Below are positions 1 through 9,225 of a DNA stretch of 64,000 nt, piece by piece (positions within the stretch are counted from its first letter, which is position 1; the number at the start of each line of letters is the position of its first letter). The translations under genes and the position numbers were made by a program. The notes beneath the pieces are model-generated. The model had not been told where the DNA came from and did not search any database. It saw nothing but the letters and a program-made list of their open reading frames with translations. Source of the DNA: Cyclobacteriaceae bacterium (lineage in GTDB: Bacteria; Bacteroidota; Bacteroidia; Cytophagales; Cyclobacteriaceae); assembly GCA_965217305.1 (NCBI GenBank), contig CBDCHN010000007.1, positions 322,522-386,521 on the forward strand, written 5' to 3'.

Positions 1-569
1 AATTGAAAGAAAACCTGTTCTACTTCCTGCGGGCGGTGGTGCCCACGGCCGAGGAAGTAGGGGTGAAACTAGCCATCCATCCCGACGACCCGCCCTTCCC
101 GGTGATGGGATTGCCCCGCATCGTGAGCACCGAAACCGACCTGCGCGAACTGATCGAGGCGGCCCCCTCGCCCAGCAACGGACTCACCTTCTGCACCGGC
201 TCGCTGGGCGGACGCGGCGACAACGACCTGCCGGGCATCGTGGAGCGGCTGGGCCAGCACATCCACTTCATCCACCTGCGCAACGTGCAGCGCGAGGCCG
301 ACGGCAGTTTCTTCGAAGCCGATCATCTGGACGGCAGCACCGACATGTTTGCCGTGATGCGCGCCCTGATCAACGAGCAGGGGGAGCGGCAGGCGGCCGG
401 TCGCGACGACCTGGCCATTCCGATGCGTCCTGATCACGGTCACCAGACGTTGTTCGACGCGGGCCGTCCCTTCTTCCCCGGCTACTCGGCGGTGGGCCGC
501 ATGCGGGGGCTGGCCGAACTGCGCGGACTGGAGCTGGGTATTCGGCGGATGCTACAAACAGTAGATTAA
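1..569 (+). CDS. uxuA: mannonate dehydratase, C-terminal ~188 aa (5' end outside window)
   Basis: Frame of ORF 3..569 (its first M is a read-through TTG). HPDDPPFP..GLPRIVST, IHFIHLRNV, IPMRPDHGHQ and PGYSAVGRMRGLAELRG match my memory of the C-terminal half of E. coli UxuA. Confidence 0.85.
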   Translation, partial: LKENLFYFLRAVVPTAEEVGVKLAIHPDDPPFPVMGLPRIVSTETDLRELIEAAPSPSNGLTFCTGSLGGRGDNDLPGIVERLGQHIHFIHLRNVQREADGSFFEADHLDGSTDMFAVMRALINEQGERQAAGRDDLAIPMRPDHGHQTLFDAGRPFFPGYSAVGRMRGLAELRGLELGIRRMLQTVD

Positions 570-660
570 CCACTTCTGATCGGAGGAGACGCAATAACTT
601 ACCTGAGTTAGGAAATAACGAGGCGATCAGAAAAGAGAATAGTCGGACTTTGTTAGCAAA

Positions 661-944
661 AGTTAGGGTTTTGTTAGTGAAAACCAGGGCGCAGTTGTAT
701 AGCTCCGGTACTTATTACATGCACCCTACATCCCCTATCGAAGATCACTGGTGTTCATTACGTGCCCCTTACGTGGGCCACCTTGCGCACCGGTGATATG
801 TTATTGCCTCCTGGGGTTTTGTTAGTGATCACCGGTGATACGGAGCTGCCCCTAACAATTATATTAGTAAGCGACCGTATTCGCTAACTAAACCCCCTGA
901 TCTGGTTAGCGGATAACGGTAATCACTAGCAAAATTAGCCTACT
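661..944. repeat. nested direct/inverted repeats in the gap after uxuA (MITE-like element or operator cluster)
   Basis: AGTTAGGGTTTTGTTAGTGA lies at 661-680. Its core GGGTTTTGTTAGTGA recurs directly at 814-828, and an imperfect inverted copy TCACTAGCAAAATTAGCCTACT lies at 923-944. There is a perfect 12-bp palindrome ATCACCGGTGAT at 828-839 and an imperfect palindrome TTAGTAAGCGA..TCGCTAACTAA at 864-891. Confidence 0.4.
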
Positions 945-1060
945 CTGTTAGCGATGGTAGAACCTGGCACATCAACCCAACAATTCGTTCATGTAATGAT
1001 TGACAGTATGCCGGTAAAATTCCTATCTTCCGTCCCCTTATCATTCACAACCACCTATCA

Positions 1061-3046
1061 ATGCCACTTCGTCTGTCGTCCTATTTTGCATTTGTTCTTT
1101 CCGTTGCTTCTTTATCGGCCCAGCCCCTGGCGGAGTTGGCGGTGGAAGCTGGTGACTACGCCCGCCTGAACACCCCGGTTTCGGTTACCTGGGATGCTTT
1201 GCAGCTTCCCGGTGTATCGACGGATAGCCTGCAACTGCTCGAGCACCGAGGCGAAGACAAACTTCCGACGGCGGTGCAGTGGGACGCTGGCTCCGGAACC
1301 CTCACCTGGGTGCTGAGCGGAGAAACTCCGGCCCGCGCCACCCGCCGCTACACCCTGCAACGCGTTGAATCGACTCCTAACTCACCCGCTACTGTGGTGG
1401 CCCGTACGCAGGACGAAGCGGTTACTTTTTCTCTTGACGGACGCGAGGTGCTTACCTACCAGCATGGTCTTGCTCCTGTGCCCGAGGGCGTGGACGAGAT
1501 TTACCGGCGTGGAGGCTTCATCCATCCGCTGCGCTCTCCGGCCGGGGGCGTGCTCACCCGCATTCAACCGCCCGACCACTACCACCACTACGGCATCTGG
1601 AATCCCTGGACGCATGCTGAGTTTGCCGGACGCGAGATCGACTTCTGGAATCTGGTGAAGGGGCAGGGCACCGTGGAAGCCCGGGGGGTGACTTCCGTGG
1701 TGAGCGGTGAGGTGCATGGTGGCTTTACCGCCTGGCATGAGCACATTGCCTACGCCGACACCACCGACCGCACCACCGGACAGAAACTGCTCAACGAAAC
1801 CTGGGACGTGCGGGTGTGGAACAACGATGCCAAACAGCAGTCGTACCTAGTGGACTTCACCACCACCCAGCGCAACGTCACCGAGCAGCCCTTCACGGTG
1901 AAGGAGTACCGCTACCAGGGCTTTGGCTTCCGGGCCAACGAGCAGTGGGACGACCGCACGGCGCAGCTGCTCACCTCGGCGGGCAAGGACAAGGCCGACG
2001 GCAACGGCACCCGCGCCCGCTGGATCGACGTGCGGGGTCCATCCGGATCCACCGTGGACGCGGCGGGTCCAACCGACCAGGGTGAGGCAGGGGTGCTGTT
2101 TATGACGCACCCGACTAACTTCAACTTCCCGGAGTTGCTGCGCATCTGGCCCGAAGGAGCCAATGAGGGGGTGGAAAACGTGTTCGTGAACTTCAACCCG
2201 ACGCAAGACCGCGACTGGGTGCTGCACCCCGGCCGCAACTACGCCCTGCGCTACCGAATGCTGGTCTACGACGGTCAGATCGATTCAGCAACGGCCCAAC
2301 GCTACTGGCAAGACTATGCTTATCCGCCCCGGGTGCAGGTGCACCGCTTGGCGAATTTGAGCGGAAAGAAGCTGCTGCTCTACACCAAGAACGGGGAGGG
2401 CTACGTGCACGATAACATTCCGGCCAGCATCGCGGCGATTGAGAAGCTGGCCGATGAGAACGGATTCACGGTGGTGCCCTCCGAAGACCCCGGAATGTTT
2501 ACCACTGATAACCTCAAGCAGTTCGACGCCATCATTTTGTCGAACACCAACAACGACATCTTTGATACTCCGGCGCAGCACGAGGCTTTTCAGCAGTACA
2601 TGCAGTCGGGGGGACGCATGGTGGCCATTCATTCGGCCTGCGGCTCCGAGCGCGACTGGCCCTGGTTCGCGCGTATCCTGGGTGGCCGCTTCGTGCGCCA
2701 TCCCAAACTGCAAGACTTTGAGGTGAAGGTGCTTGACCCCAATCACCCTTCTACCAACTTTCTGCCTACCACCTGGAGCATCAAGCAAGATGAGTGCTAT
2801 TACATGAACCAGCTAAACCCCGACATCCACGTGCTGCTGGCGGCTGACTTGACCACGGTAGAAGACGAGAAGAAGGCGGAGTATCCGGGCAACACCTTTG
2901 GTGATAGTTTCCCCACCAGTTGGTGCCACACCACCGACGGCGGCCGACAATGGTACACCTCGCTAGGTCACCGCTCCAAGCACTATTCTGACCCGCTGTT
3001 AATGCGGCATATTTTAGGAGGGATTGAGTGGGTGATGGGGGAGTAA
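1061..3046 (+). CDS. secreted fusion protein: PmoA-like (DUF6807) domain + ThuA-like domain
   Basis: Signal peptide (..SVASLSAQP). The N-half GGFIHPLRSP..QPPDHYHHYGIWNPW is typical of PmoA-like DUF6807 proteins. The C-half KKLLLYTKNGEGYVHD..MVAIHSA..GGRFVRHP..WYTSLGH is ThuA-like. Confidence 0.8.
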   Translation: MPLRLSSYFAFVLSVASLSAQPLAELAVEAGDYARLNTPVSVTWDALQLPGVSTDSLQLLEHRGEDKLPTAVQWDAGSGTLTWVLSGETPARATRRYTLQRVESTPNSPATVVARTQDEAVTFSLDGREVLTYQHGLAPVPEGVDEIYRRGGFIHPLRSPAGGVLTRIQPPDHYHHYGIWNPWTHAEFAGREIDFWNLVKGQGTVEARGVTSVVSGEVHGGFTAWHEHIAYADTTDRTTGQKLLNETWDVRVWNNDAKQQSYLVDFTTTQRNVTEQPFTVKEYRYQGFGFRANEQWDDRTAQLLTSAGKDKADGNGTRARWIDVRGPSGSTVDAAGPTDQGEAGVLFMTHPTNFNFPELLRIWPEGANEGVENVFVNFNPTQDRDWVLHPGRNYALRYRMLVYDGQIDSATAQRYWQDYAYPPRVQVHRLANLSGKKLLLYTKNGEGYVHDNIPASIAAIEKLADENGFTVVPSEDPGMFTTDNLKQFDAIILSNTNNDIFDTPAQHEAFQQYMQSGGRMVAIHSACGSERDWPWFARILGGRFVRHPKLQDFEVKVLDPNHPSTNFLPTTWSIKQDECYYMNQLNPDIHVLLAADLTTVEDEKKAEYPGNTFGDSFPTSWCHTTDGGRQWYTSLGHRSKHYSDPLLMRHILGGIEWVMGE

Positions 3047-3100
3047 ATGCGTTCTAGGCCTCTGGGTTCATATGACATATGACATTTAAAAGTTAAGAAA

Positions 3101-3508
3101 ATGAATCAAAAGATTACGATGTTCAGCCTCTGCGTGATAGTGCTTTCTTCATGTGGTAGATTTGAATGTGAAGCAACGAATCCAATACTTAATTCCTACC
3201 CCTCAACTTCATTGGAGTACAAGAGAGAATTGGTTAGTCAATTAGATAAGAAGGACCTGACCCAGTTGTCTTATTGGTTTGAGGATTATATCGAAACTGA
3301 TGGACGAGAGTTTATGAAGATCAATATTCGGGGGCAGGGGATTTGTGCAGAAGGATTGCTGCTCGTTGAGAAATGGGATGACAAAATCAAGAATATAAAA
3401 CGAGTAAGAGGTGAATCTTATAAGGGTGCTCAATTAGTAGGATTAAGATTCAGAACCGAGAATCCGGCAAACTTGATTTATCAAAACTTAGATAGAATTG
3501 TAGATTGA
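3101..3508 (+). CDS. hypothetical lipoprotein (AT-rich cassette)
   Basis: 135-aa ORF with a lipoprotein-like N-terminus (..IVLSSCG) in a visibly AT-rich stretch. No family recognised. Confidence 0.5.
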   Translation: MNQKITMFSLCVIVLSSCGRFECEATNPILNSYPSTSLEYKRELVSQLDKKDLTQLSYWFEDYIETDGREFMKINIRGQGICAEGLLLVEKWDDKIKNIKRVRGESYKGAQLVGLRFRTENPANLIYQNLDRIVD

Positions 3509-3667
3509 ACATATACTCTAACGAAATCCAATCTGGCGCAGGGCCTCCGGCACTGTGACCAATGTATGGGTTCTCTGAATCCTATGCGTTTACTCTTAAG
3601 TCTGCACTGATTTGAAGATAGACGCGGACATTACTTCAAGTTAATTGTTGAAATAATATCTGTTGAT

Positions 3668-3946
3668 ATGAGGCACCAGGACTTACCAGATCGATGGAAA
3701 GATAAGCTTGCCGAATACTTACGCTCGACCGGTAGAGACAAAACAACATTAGACTTATACGACTTTCACCAAAGTCAAACTATCAAAATCAGGTTCGAAG
3801 ATGAATCTTACGCTGAGTTCAGGTATGCTTTGGTTATTAACGCGCCTGAATTCAACGAAACCGGACTGTTTACGGAACATTGTGGTTATCATGTTTTTGG
3901 TTCAGCAGGAATTGAAGTCGAGACGACTGATGAAATGAAAAATTGA
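3668..3946 (+). CDS. hypothetical small protein (AT-rich cassette)
   Basis: 92-aa ORF, same strand and composition as its neighbours. No family recognised. Confidence 0.4.
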   Translation: MRHQDLPDRWKDKLAEYLRSTGRDKTTLDLYDFHQSQTIKIRFEDESYAEFRYALVINAPEFNETGLFTEHCGYHVFGSAGIEVETTDEMKN

Positions 3947-4030
3947 AGACTATCCCGGTGCGCGTTTGGAACACTTACCAACGTATAGTTCTGATAAAGT
4001 ATTAGAATAAAATTTTTAAACATCAAAGCC

Positions 4031-4324
4031 GTGCTAACCGCTAAAGATATTGAAACAAAGCTACATGAACTCAAACCCTATCTGTCTGACCGGTTTCACG
4101 TGAGCAGAATTGGCTACTTTGGTTCTTTTGCCGAAGACCGACAAACCGAAGATAGCGATATAGATATTTTGGTTGATTTTGCGGTCACCCCCGGCTGGGA
4201 TTTTTTCGCTTTGGAAGAGTATTTAGAGAACGTGTTTGACCGAAAGGTAGACTTAGTAACGGTGCGAGTACTGAAAAAGCAACTTAGCGAACAGATTTTG
4301 AGACAAGTAAAATACATTGGCTGA
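4031..4324 (+). CDS. minimal nucleotidyltransferase, MntA-like (orphan; no HEPN partner)
   Basis: GTG-start 97-aa ORF. GYFGSFAEDRQTEDSDIDILVDF is the GS..DxD minimal nucleotidyltransferase signature. No DUF86/HEPN ORF is adjacent. Confidence 0.7.
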   Translation: MLTAKDIETKLHELKPYLSDRFHVSRIGYFGSFAEDRQTEDSDIDILVDFAVTPGWDFFALEEYLENVFDRKVDLVTVRVLKKQLSEQILRQVKYIG

Positions 4325-4365
4325 ACCCAGCCCATTCAATCCTTCATTCCATCAATCATTCCTTT

Positions 4366-5757
4366 ATGAACCGACGCAATTACCTCAAAAAATCTCTTCT
4401 CACCACGGCCGGAGCCTTCGCTATTCCAACCATCGTGCCTTCTACCGTCTTTGGCAAAGACGCTCCCAGCAATAAAATCCACGTGGGGCAAATCGGTTGC
4501 GGACGCATTGCCCGCGAGCACGACCTGCCCGAAACCATGAAGCACGACCTGTCGCGCGTGGTGGCGGTGTGCGACGTGGACAGCAAACGCAAGGAAGATG
4601 GCAAACGCTTTGTCGAGCAGTGGTACGCCGAGAACAAGCAAAAAGATAAGTTTATTGATGTGCAAATGTACGACGACTACCGCGAGCTGCTGGCCAACCC
4701 CGACATCGACGCGGTGATCATCAGCACGCCTGACCACTGGCACGCCCAACCGGCCATTGAAGCGGCGCTGGCGGGCAAAGCAATTTACCTACAGAAGCCC
4801 ACCTCACTCACCATCGAAGAAGGCCGGGCCATGAGCGACATCATTCACCGCACCGGCGCGGTGTTTCAACTTGGCAGCCAGCAGCGCTCCACGAACCCCT
4901 GGCCGCAGTTTAAGCGAGCCTGCGAACTGGTGCGCAACGGCCGCATCGGCGACCTGCAAACCGTGAAGATTGGCCTACCCAGCGACCCGGCGGGTGGCAC
5001 CCCCACTCCCATGGAGATTCCGCCCAACCTCAACTACGAGATGTGGCTCGGCGCCACACCCTACGTGCCCTACACCGAAGAGCGGGTGCATCCGCAAAGC
5101 GATTATTCGCGCCCCGGCTGGCTGCGCTGCGAGCAGTTCGGCGCGGGCATGATCACGGGTTGGGGCGTGCATCACATCGACATTGCCCACTGGGGCATGG
5201 GCACCGAGCACACCGGCCCCGTGGAGGTGGAAGCTACCGCCCGGTTTCCGGAAGACGGCCTGTGGACGGTGCACGGCCCGTACCACGTCACCAGCAAGTA
5301 CGCCAACGGCGTAGAGATGATCGTCGACGGTGAGCTGCCCAACGGCGTGCGCTTCGAGGGCACCGACGGCTGGATCTTCGTCTCGCGGGGCAACGTGGGC
5401 GTCACCGTCAACGATTCGAGCTTCGCGGGCGCGGAAGCGTTCTCGGCCAGCAACCCTAAAGTGCTGCAATCTGAAATTGGTGAAGACGAAGTGCACCTGT
5501 ACGCCAGCCCCGAGCAGCACGGCAACTGGCTGGACTGCATCAAGTCGCGCGAGCTAACGATCTCTCCGGCCGAGGTGGCGCACCGCTCGTGCAGCGCCTG
5601 TCTGGTATCGCACATTGCCATGAAGTTACCCCGCAAGTTGTACTGGGACCCGGTGAACGAGCGCTTCCGAAACGACGACGAGGCCAACCAAATGCTATCG
5701 CGTTCGCAGCGCTACCCCTGGGGTTATGAGAACATTCCGGCCCTGGCCCGCGGATAG
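4366..5757 (+). CDS. Gfo/Idh/MocA family oxidoreductase with twin-arginine signal
   Basis: MNRRNYLKKSLLTTAGAFA Tat-type leader, Rossmann GQIGCGRIAREH, and DAVIISTPDHWH. Confidence 0.9.
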   Translation: MNRRNYLKKSLLTTAGAFAIPTIVPSTVFGKDAPSNKIHVGQIGCGRIAREHDLPETMKHDLSRVVAVCDVDSKRKEDGKRFVEQWYAENKQKDKFIDVQMYDDYRELLANPDIDAVIISTPDHWHAQPAIEAALAGKAIYLQKPTSLTIEEGRAMSDIIHRTGAVFQLGSQQRSTNPWPQFKRACELVRNGRIGDLQTVKIGLPSDPAGGTPTPMEIPPNLNYEMWLGATPYVPYTEERVHPQSDYSRPGWLRCEQFGAGMITGWGVHHIDIAHWGMGTEHTGPVEVEATARFPEDGLWTVHGPYHVTSKYANGVEMIVDGELPNGVRFEGTDGWIFVSRGNVGVTVNDSSFAGAEAFSASNPKVLQSEIGEDEVHLYASPEQHGNWLDCIKSRELTISPAEVAHRSCSACLVSHIAMKLPRKLYWDPVNERFRNDDEANQMLSRSQRYPWGYENIPALARG

Positions 5758-5763
5758 GTCGCG

Positions 5764-8700
5764 CTAATCTTTGAGCACTTCCACCACCCTGAGGGTTTGC
5801 ACGTTCACCCAGTAACCCTTCACCGAAACGTGACCCAGCTGCCGCAAAATAGCCGCGCTTTGCTCCACTGTGCGCGTGTGCTCGGTCTGCTCGTCGGCTA
5901 GTCCAAACTGCACCACCACCGCTGGCCCTTCGGTGGCCGACGGCGGCAGCATCACCCGGTCGGGGCACACGTAGCGTTGGTCGCCCGTGAGCAGGGTGCG
6001 TTGGATCATCACCGGCTCCGGGTGCTCGTACCAGGGCCGCAGGGCAGCCTGGTTCATGGCTTGCGCCACGCGTTGCTCCAACTGCCGACGCTCCGCCTGG
6101 GTGATGCCGCGTTCGTAGTAAACGTCCTGCAGGTGCCGCTCGGCCTCGCTTCGGTGACGGGTGCGCACCAGCACTTCCCGGAGCAAACCCGCCAGGTTCA
6201 CGCTCAGCGCGTTCGGTTCGGAAGACTCGGCAAAGTAGCCGCGCGAGGTGGGACGCACCATCAGGCGGTCGCGCCACCGCACCGAGGGGTACGCCGTCAG
6301 GATGAAGGGTGCTTTCTTCGTTCGGGGCCGCTCCACCCGCGAATCAGTTCCTATCTCCAGCACCTTGGTGTCTTTGTCGTAGTGGTCGGTCAAGTTAATC
6401 CCCGCGGACGGAGGCGGCGCTTCCGTAAAGCTTTGGTGCAACGCGTCGGCCACCGAGTTGATTTTGCCATCTTTACTTTTCGTCGGGGGCGCGAAGGCGT
6501 ACAGGCATTCTTCGGCCCGAGTGAAGGCCACGTAGAGCAGATTGAGGTTGTCCATGTGCGCCCGAATCGACTCTTCGTAGTACTCTTGATCAAACACCGT
6601 CTTCGCCAGGGCGTTTCCGTAGCGCAGGGGCATTAGTCCCAGTGCATCGAGGGGAGGAGTGGCGGTGCGGCTCCACAGAATGTTGGTTTGGCTATGGTGG
6701 TGATCGGTGTTCCAGGTGCAAAAGGGCAGGATCACCACCTTGAATTGCAGGCCCTTGGCCTTATGGATCGTCATGATGCGCATGGCGTCTACCGCTTCGG
6801 GCACCTGCACCGAGGTTTCGTGTCCTCGCTCCTCCCACCACCGCAAAAACGAGTGCAGATCGCCCTGCTCCGTGCGGGTATAGTTGAGCACTGCATCCTG
6901 AAAGGCCTGTAGGTAAATCGTCTCCGTGGCTTGCTGTCCACCGGTGCTGTCTAATCCGAGAAGTTGAACCAGGTTTTCCACCAACTCGTAGAGCGGTAGC
7001 TTATTAAGGTAGTCCTGAAAGCGTTGGAAGTCGGGCGGAAGCTCCTGATAGAATAGGCTCAGGTCTTCCTTATCTCCGGCAGCAGCGAACAGACGGTGCC
7101 AGTCTACGGACTCCTGGGGTAGGTTGCACAATCGACGATACTTATGGATAATACTGCCCTGCGCGATGCGGTCGTCGGGATTGTCCAGAAACCGCAGCAC
7201 GTCTACCAGCAGTCCCACCGTGAGGGAGGCGTTCAGAAACAGTGACTCCGGCGAGATCACCTCGTAGTGGTAGCCCTTCCGCGCTCGATCCTGGTTTTTG
7301 TATTCCATAAAAGTCGCGGCAATCTCTTGCCCTTCGCGTTTGTTGCGCACCAAGAAGGCAATGTCCTGCAGGGCGTAGCCCTGGTCCTGCAACCGCTCCA
7401 CCATCGTCGGAAGTTGCTCCTTCACGTGGTCTTTCCAATGCGTGTCATCTTCGTCACCCGTCAATTGCTCCTGCTCCAGCAGTTGGATGCGCACGTGCCC
7501 GTGCCAGTTGCCCCGGTAGGTAGCGGGAAGCTCCTGCCCCACGTGGGCGTAGGCACTGCGAATCACCTCGGTCCGCTGCAGCAACCGCTGTCGCAGGGGC
7601 TCGTCGCTCACTTCTTGCAAACGCGTTTCCATCGTCCGGTAGAGCAACCTCGATAGTTGGGCAAAGAGCGCGTTGTTGAAGTCCACAATGTGCCGACGGC
7701 TGCGGTAGTTGCGGTCCAGGTCGCGCACTTCGGTTTGGTTGTCGGCCACGTCGTGCTGGATTTTCTCGAGCAGCAGTTGCCAATCGCCGCCGCGCCAGCG
7801 GTAGATCGACTGCTTCACGTCGCCCACCACCAGGTTGCGCTGCCCGGCACTGAGGCTGTTGGCTACCAGCGGGCGAAAGTTGGCCCACTGCAGGCCGGAG
7901 GTATCCTGAAACTCGTCGATGAGGAAGTTCTGAAAGGTGGTGCCGATCTTCTCGTAGATAAAGGGGGTGTCGTCGCTGCCGATGATATCCTTCAGGAAAA
8001 GCGGGGCATCGGAGATGAGCATCAAATCGTGCGCGCGCTTGTAGGTCTGCAGTTGGGCTTCCAGGTGGTGCAGAATGCCGTGGGTATACACAAAGCGGCT
8101 CAGCTCGATGGTGGCGTAGTAGACCGGGCCGTGCTGCTGATGGTGAGCGATGGCCGCCCCAAGAGTTTGAAGGAGCCCCCCCTCCACCGCTGCCAGAATC
8201 TGTACTTTCTTTTTAGACGTTTTGGTAGTCCACCGCTGGATATCTTCCGCTGCCTCCGTCACCCGCTGGCCGGGTTCATAGTTGGTCGTGTCAACAAGCT
8301 TAGGAAAGTAGGCGGCTACGCCTTTATCCCCGTAGGCAAAATCTTTTACCACCAGCGCGTGGCGTTCCATAAGGCTGAGCGCCTCTTGCCCATAGCGTTG
8401 CATCCGCTGCTCAAACCGGAGTCGCTCAGCGCGCAGTTTCTCCAGGGTAGCGGCCATGTCCTCCGCCACCTCCTCCGACCCGCGCTGCTGTTTATAATCT
8501 TCTTTAAACAGCTCTCGCGCCAGGGTTTTGATATCATGGCGGAAGTCCCAGCTCACCCCGGTTTCCACCTTCTCTTCGGCGAAACGGGTGAGCCATTGGC
8601 GCAGGCTTTTTTGCCGATCATCCCCCAGGGTGAGTAACAGTTCGTCGATAACTTCTTCGAGCACCTTACCCTCGTCGATCTCAATGCTGAAACCGGCTTG

Positions 8701-9096
8701 CAGGTTCATCTCGCGGGCGAAGGCCCGCACCACCTTCTGAAAGAACGCGTCGATGGTCATCACCGCGAAGTAAGAATACCCGTGCAGCAGCTGGCGAAGC
8801 ACCTGCTGCGCCCGTTCGGTCAGTTTTTCGCCAGTGAGCGTGGTGCGCCGTTGCAGTTCTTCGCGCAGGGGTTGGTTGCCGCCGTTGGCGAGTTGGTAGA
8901 GAAACTCCACGATGCGGGTTTTCATCTCCTGCGTGGCCTTGTTGGTGAAGGTCACGGCCAGGATGCTGCGGTAGGCGGTGGGTTGCTGCAGGGCCAGGGT
9001 GAGGTACTCAAGCGCCAGGGTATAGGTCTTCCCCGACCCCGCCGACGAGCGGTAGATAATAAAGGGCTTTTCGGAAGCAGGAGGAGAGACAATCAT
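5764..9096 (-). CDS. UvrD/AddA-like ATP-dependent helicase with RecB-like C-terminal region
   Basis: Walker A SSAGSGKTYTL, IDEFQDTS, VGDVKQSIYRWRGG, MTIHKAKGLQF. I place the start at the ATG at 9096 (MIVSPP..) because the longer ORF to 9141 begins with TTG. Confidence 0.85.
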   Translation of the reverse strand: MIVSPPASEKPFIIYRSSAGSGKTYTLALEYLTLALQQPTAYRSILAVTFTNKATQEMKTRIVEFLYQLANGGNQPLREELQRRTTLTGEKLTERAQQVLRQLLHGYSYFAVMTIDAFFQKVVRAFAREMNLQAGFSIEIDEGKVLEEVIDELLLTLGDDRQKSLRQWLTRFAEEKVETGVSWDFRHDIKTLARELFKEDYKQQRGSEEVAEDMAATLEKLRAERLRFEQRMQRYGQEALSLMERHALVVKDFAYGDKGVAAYFPKLVDTTNYEPGQRVTEAAEDIQRWTTKTSKKKVQILAAVEGGLLQTLGAAIAHHQQHGPVYYATIELSRFVYTHGILHHLEAQLQTYKRAHDLMLISDAPLFLKDIIGSDDTPFIYEKIGTTFQNFLIDEFQDTSGLQWANFRPLVANSLSAGQRNLVVGDVKQSIYRWRGGDWQLLLEKIQHDVADNQTEVRDLDRNYRSRRHIVDFNNALFAQLSRLLYRTMETRLQEVSDEPLRQRLLQRTEVIRSAYAHVGQELPATYRGNWHGHVRIQLLEQEQLTGDEDDTHWKDHVKEQLPTMVERLQDQGYALQDIAFLVRNKREGQEIAATFMEYKNQDRARKGYHYEVISPESLFLNASLTVGLLVDVLRFLDNPDDRIAQGSIIHKYRRLCNLPQESVDWHRLFAAAGDKEDLSLFYQELPPDFQRFQDYLNKLPLYELVENLVQLLGLDSTGGQQATETIYLQAFQDAVLNYTRTEQGDLHSFLRWWEERGHETSVQVPEAVDAMRIMTIHKAKGLQFKVVILPFCTWNTDHHHSQTNILWSRTATPPLDALGLMPLRYGNALAKTVFDQEYYEESIRAHMDNLNLLYVAFTRAEECLYAFAPPTKSKDGKINSVADALHQSFTEAPPPSAGINLTDHYDKDTKVLEIGTDSRVERPRTKKAPFILTAYPSVRWRDRLMVRPTSRGYFAESSEPNALSVNLAGLLREVLVRTRHRSEAERHLQDVYYERGITQAERRQLEQRVAQAMNQAALRPWYEHPEPVMIQRTLLTGDQRYVCPDRVMLPPSATEGPAVVVQFGLADEQTEHTRTVEQSAAILRQLGHVSVKGYWVNVQTLRVVEVLKD

Positions 9097-9155
9097 GCCA
9101 CAGCAAGGTACGAAAACCAGCGCGTTTGCGTAGTGGATCAACGTTGAAACATCGA

Positions 9156-9202
9156 ACTAAAAACACCGAATCAAGACAGAACGTTTTCTTGACCCGGTGT
9201 TT
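9156..9202 (-). terminator. rho-independent terminator after the beta-barrel gene
   Basis: AAACACCG (9161-9168) pairs with CGGTGTTT (9195-9202), and an inner stem pairs TCAAGA with TCTTGA. On the minus strand a U5 run follows the hairpin, 24 nt past the stop at 9226. Confidence 0.55.
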
Positions 9203-9225
9203 CAGATGACCTGCCTGGATCGGAA

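Noticed and set aside
954-1169. 71-aa ORF overlapping the start of the PmoA/ThuA fusion gene
   Set aside because: It overlaps the well-supported signal-peptide start at 1061 in another frame and has low-complexity sequence.
5540-6277. Long ORFs antisense to, or out of frame within, recognisable genes (e.g. 5540-6277, 7657-8637, 20327-21496, 21924-22718, 32040-32669, 37766-38524, 49605-50318, 63232-63762)
   Set aside because: Each lies entirely inside a gene with clear family motifs on another frame or strand. They have Arg/Gly/Pro/His-rich compositions typical of spurious ORFs in GC-rich DNA, and I recognised no family signatures in them.
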